Part shown: positions 59,328-64,000 of the stretch, piece after piece | How positions within the stretch are numbered: the first letter of the stretch is position 1 | Layout of the letters: each line of letters opens with the position of its first letter | Assembly: GCA_043228905.1 (NCBI GenBank) | Contig: JBHGNT010000009.1 | Span: forward strand, 15,872,001-15,936,000 | Direction: 5' to 3' | Length of the DNA: 64,000 bases | From: Azolla caroliniana | Lineage: Eukaryota; Plantae; Polypodiophyta | Notes under the pieces: model-generated | Database searches by the model: none | The model's input: only the letters and a program-made list of their open reading frames with translations | Told to the model about the DNA's origin: nothing | Made by a program: the position numbers and the translations under genes

Positions 59328-61480
59328 TGTAAAGAATCAAGAGATGGATTCTTGTGAAGCGGAAGAGATATGAGTTATGTGTGTGTATGAGAGAGAGAGA
59401 GAGAGAGAGAGAGTGAGTGAGTGAGTGAGACAAGGAATAAGACATAGAGAATACGCAAGGTAAATGTATATTAACAAAGGAGAAAGACTCAACAAAATAC
59501 AAGGTGGGAGGAGGGTGCTTTATATAGTCACCCTCTCTCTTCACTAACTACAAGGCTCATGGAGCATGTGGAATGTGAAAGCTCATAAGTTATATGTCAT
59601 AGAATATGATTCTATGACTCATACTAAATGCTAGAATACAAAGAGGTGACTTAATGGTGACTCTTGACAGTTGGAATGTCTATTCACTCTCAAGGTGAGT
59701 TCACACACTAGACCAAGTTGAGCTTGATTCTCAACACGCCCCCTCAAGCTCAAGTCGGGTCGGTTTCAGACGGTATCCGAAATCCGCTTCGACTCACGTT
59801 CAGAGTCCGCGTCGACTCGTGTCGACTCGCTTTATGCGGAGTTGTGGAATCCGTGCTCCAGCTTGCATTGTGCATAGTTGCAAAGTCTGTGCTTCGGCTT
59901 GCGTCTTTCTTCGCGACTTTGCACGGTAGATCGGCTCTTCGCAGCTTCGTTGCGTGGTTGCGTAATCCATGCGTTGTTGCGTAGTGTGCGCGGCTTGCGG
60001 AATCCATGCGTTATTGCGTAATGTCTTCAGTACTCCCCCTCAAGCTTGGCAGGTCAGGGATCGTCAATCCGAGATCAGTCATGAATTGCCACAACTTGTC
60101 GGCTCCTACGGCTTTAGTGAAGATGTCGGCCGTTTTAAGATTTGTGCTAATGTGTTGTAGGTCGACATCGCCAGCTAGAACACACTCTCGGATGAAGTGA
60201 TAGTGCACTTCGATGTGCTTTGTCCGCGCTTGGAACACCGAGTTTCGAGCCAGATAGATACTGCTCATGTTGTCACAATACAGGGAAGTCGGATCCTTGA
60301 TGGGTACGCCCAGATCCTTCAAAATCCTCTTGAGCCATACGGCTTCACACGCAGCTACGGCTGTGCCCCTGTATTCCGCCTCCGTACTCGAAAGAGCGAC
60401 GGTAGGCTGCTTCTTGCTACTCCAGGATATTGCTCCGCTGTCGAGGGATAAAACAAATCCGGAGGTTGATCTTCTATCGGCTTTGTAGCCGGCCCAATCG
60501 GCGTCTGTGTACCCCTCGAGGCGTATTGGCATCACGGTCTTGTAGAGGATGCCACAATCTATTGTGCCGCTCACGTACCGTAGAACTCGCTTAGCGCAAT
60601 CCAAGTGAGTATCACGCGGTGTTTGCATGAATTGACTAAGGAGACCGACCGGATAACTGAGATCGGGTCTAGTGATCGTGAGGTAGATGAGACTCCCGAT
60701 GAGTTGCCGATACTGAGTCGGCTCACACGCTTTGGTGCCGGAGTTCGCATCTAGTTTGAGATTACGATTGAGCGGGGTTGCCACGGATTTGCACATAGCC
60801 ATACCGAACTTGTATAACAAGTTGAGGATGTAGTGTTGTTGAGAAATCATGATTCCGGCCGGAGTCCGAATTACCTCGATGCCAAGGAAGTAGTGGAGTT
60901 CCTTCATGTTCGTCATCTCGAACTTGTCGGAAAGGAGGGATTTTACCTTATTGATTTCGACGAGATGCTCACCTCCAATGACTAGGCCATCCACATATAA
61001 GATGATGACGATCGGACTTGCAGAATCGCTTCGTATGTAGAGGGAGTTGTCCGATTTTGACATACAGAAGCCGATTTGATGAAGATATTGTGTTATCTTC
61101 GAATGCCAAGCACGCGATGCTTGCTTGAGGCCGTAGAGTGGCTTCTTGAGTCGGCATACAACTTTTGGATGGGTGCTTGAGTTGAAGTCGGGTGGTTGTA
61201 TCATGTACACCTCCTCTTCCAATTCACCTTGTAGAAAGGCGTTCTTGACGTCCATTTGATGGAGGTGCCACCCTTTCACCACGACAAGCGCAATTACGGT
61301 CCGTACCGTCGTCATCTTTGCCACCGGGGCAAAGGTCTCCTCGTAGTCAACTTCGTGCGTTTGGGCGTAGCCTTTCGCTACGAGTCGTGCTTTGTAGCGG
61401 TTGACAGAACCGTCAGCGTTGTACTTCACTTTGTAAATCCATCTACATCCGATCGCCTTTTTGTGTGGTGAGGTGGGAAT
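59328..61480 (-). mobile_element. Ty1/copia 3' end: open RT-RNase H frame, PPT, 3' LTR 59328-59736
   Basis: RYKARLVAKG, QMDVKNAFL, LYGLKQA, YVDG (variant of YVDD), YTDADWAG, KHIEVHYHF. Interrupted at 61481. Confidence 0.95.
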
Positions 61481-64000
61481 TGTTGGGAGACAGGTCCCTC
61501 CGGATGGGAAGGGAGAAGAACAGTGCCGAAACCGGAAGAGGAGTACCCGGCTACGGAGAGCCGGATGGTGCAGACCCGGTGTGAACCGGATGAGGAGTAC
61601 CCGGCTACGGAGAGCCGGATGGTGCAGACCCAGTGAGAACCGGAAGAGGAGTACGCGGCTACGGAGAGCTGGATGGTGCAGACCCGGTGAGAACCGGAGG
61701 AAGAGACATATTCGTAAATATGTTTCTGAGAGCCCATCGAGACTATATTTGTAAATAGCCAAAAAGTCATATTAGTATAAATATGACTTAGGGCAAACTT
61801 TTAGTAGTTGTTGTTGTTGTCATTCTTGTTGGTGTAAGAATAGAGAGTGTGCGTAACTGTACAGAGAGAGAGAGAGAGAGAAAGAGGTTGTTGCCTCTGT
61901 TGTAACCGCCGCTTGTGGCGAAGATCTGTGAGCACGAGGTCGGTGCCTCAGTGAACTCATTGTTGTACATTCCATCATAGTGATAGTTTGCAGCCTGTGG
62001 GCTGCCATGGTTTTTTTCCCCTAGTTTGGGGTTTTCCACGTAAACCTCATGTGTACCTCGTCTCTTCTTTGTGTCGCGTTTTATTTCCCGTTTTTCTGTG
62101 TATCATTCTAAGCTCGGTTGCGGCCGAGCGTTGCACATAAGGAACGACCAGTTCCCGTCAAGTGGTATCAGAGCAAAATCGACACAGAAAATGGACGAAT
62201 CGTTTGGCGGCATGTTCAAGCTCACCGGCTCCAACTATTCAGTGTGGAAGTCGAAGATGAGGGACATGCTCGTTGTTAAAGACCTCTGGTTGGCGGTTCA
62301 GTTCGGGGACAAGAGACCGGACAAAATCGACGCCGCGATATGGGAGGTGATGCACATGAAGACAACGGCATACATACGGTGCTTCATCGACATCAGCCTG
62401 TACAACAACTTCAATGAAGAGAGCAAGGCTCATGAGCTCTGGGAGAAGATCGGCAGAATGTTTCAAAACAAAAATGTTGTTAATCAGGTTTCGGTATTCC
62501 GGAAGCTAGTAAGACTCCGGTACCAAGATGGCTCCAGCATGGCGGAGCACATGAATGCCTTCAAGGGGCTGATCCACCAGGCAACTTCATTGGAAGTACC
62601 TCTCGCCGATGAGGTACTAGCGCTACTCCTACTCGGTTCCCTCCCGGATAGCTGGGAGACGTTGGTTGTCACTTTGGGCAACGCCGGGCCGGAAGGAAAA
62701 TGGTTATCCCTGGCAAGAGTAAAGTCGAGCTTGCTAGATGAGGAGGCGCGTCGGAAAGATAAAGATACGAGCTCTGACTCCAAAGTGCTCCTTACCGAAT
62801 CGGAACGCGGAAGACAGAGAAACCGTAGTCCCCATAACCGGGAGAAGTCGGGGACACGGTCAAAGTCAAGGGGGAGGCCCACTTGCTTCTATTGCGGCAA
62901 GCCGGGACACTTCCAAAAGAACTGTCGGCACTTCCGTAAAGACAAGGAAACGACGGTACCGATTCGAAGCGGACCCCAGACCGGAACGGTAAAGACCAGA
63001 GGGGGCCGGACCGGAAGGGAACGACGGCAATCGCGGCAAGTGAAGAAGAGTTGATGCTCATCACCGAGGAGAGTGAGATAAACCTTGTCGGCGACGAGAC
63101 GACCTGGGTGGTAGACTCCGGAGCGTCGTTCCACCTTACCCCGGACCGAAAATGCTTCTCATTCTACTCAGCCGGTGATCACGGCTGTGTCCGGATGGGG
63201 AATGAAGGTACATGCCGAATTATCGGCATTGGAGACGTGTGGCTGTCAACACCAACCGGATGCAAGTTGCTGCTGAAGGATGTCCGACACGTTCCGGAGG
63301 TTCGTCTGAACCTGATATCAGCCGGTCGGCTAGATGATGAAGGCGGGTAGCATCCGGAACGGTGTCATGAAGTTCAGCAAAGGGAGCCTGATTGTGGCTT
63401 GGGCCAGGAAGGTCAACACATTGTACCTGATGAATGCCCAGTTATGTCCAGAAGAAGTGAACGTGGCATCCGACACTGTCGGTGAGCTGTGGCACAAGAG
63501 ACTGTGTCATATGAGCGAGAAGGGGATGAAGAGGCTTGCAGACGACAACCTCATTCCAGTGAAGAACGTGCACTTGGAGAAGTGCACTGATTGTCTGGCC
63601 GGTAAACAAAACCGAACCTCCTTCCGACCAAGGCCACCGATGAGACGTAATGCACCACTAGAGTTGGTGCATACGGATGTGTGTCAAGTAGACACGAAGT
63701 CACATGCCGGAGCGCAGCACTTCGTGACGTTCATAGATGACCACAGCCGGAAGTTGTGGGCCACACCGCTGAAGACGAAGGATCAGGTGCTATCCGTCTT
63801 CAAAGAGCTCCATGCGAGAGTGGAAAGAGAAACCGGCCGGAAGCTGAAGGTGGTTCGAGCAGATAACGGAGGAGAATACCGGGGGCAATTCGAGGAGTAC
63901 TGCCGCTCGAAGGGAATCCGGCTTGAATTTACCGTGCCGAAGACCCCGGAACTAAACGGACTGGCCGAGAGGATGAACCGGACCATAATGGAGAGGGTCC
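61481..64000 (+). mobile_element. Ty1/copia (Tork/Tnt1-like) 5' LTR 61481-62160, PBS, gag, protease, integrase; runs off the window end
   Basis: TG...CA LTR. PBS TGGTATCAGAGC at 62163-62174. Gag from 62191 with CFYCGKPGHFQKNC, WVVDSGASFH, LWHKRLCH, RADNGGEY. Confidence 0.95.
61531..61692. repeat. 3 x 54-bp tandem repeat in LTR U3
   Basis: ACCGGA(A/T)GAGGAGTAC...GGTGCAGACCC.GTG.GA units start at 61531, 61585 and 61639. Confidence 0.9.

Noticed and set aside
60011-61762. 583-aa ORF with a novel repetitive N-terminus fused to RT
   Set aside because: Chance read-through from the antisense strand of an inserted LTR (54-bp repeats) into an older copia RT. Non-ATG start.

Overview
Eukaryotic (plant) nuclear DNA made almost entirely of nested transposable elements. 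The element families suggest a non-seed plant such as a fern or lycophyte, but that is inference. Contents: about nine Ty1/copia copies or fragments, three Tf1/Tcn1-like Ty3/gypsy chromoviruses, a hAT DNA transposon with TIRs and an 8-bp TSD (30050-48896) that hosts nested insertions, a 3-kb foldback element, a TRIM, a LINE remnant, and one host gene (3 exons, 52333-54231, minus strand). The most interesting signal is a modular LTR design shared by two chromovirus families. It combines an antisense tRNA-like Pol III A/B-box cassette, a heat-shock-element array next to the TATA box and, where the PBS survives, a tRNA-independent self-priming site complementary to the predicted transcript 5' end. 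Other highlights: a recent ~6.5-kb duplication (offset exactly 23,300 bp) with a templated repair junction, an Hsp70-lid gene fragment captured inside the hAT element, a -1 frameshift signal, and a palindrome built from smaller palindromes. Everything was read by eye. Boundaries lacking TSDs are approximate, and family names come from remembered motifs, not database searches.
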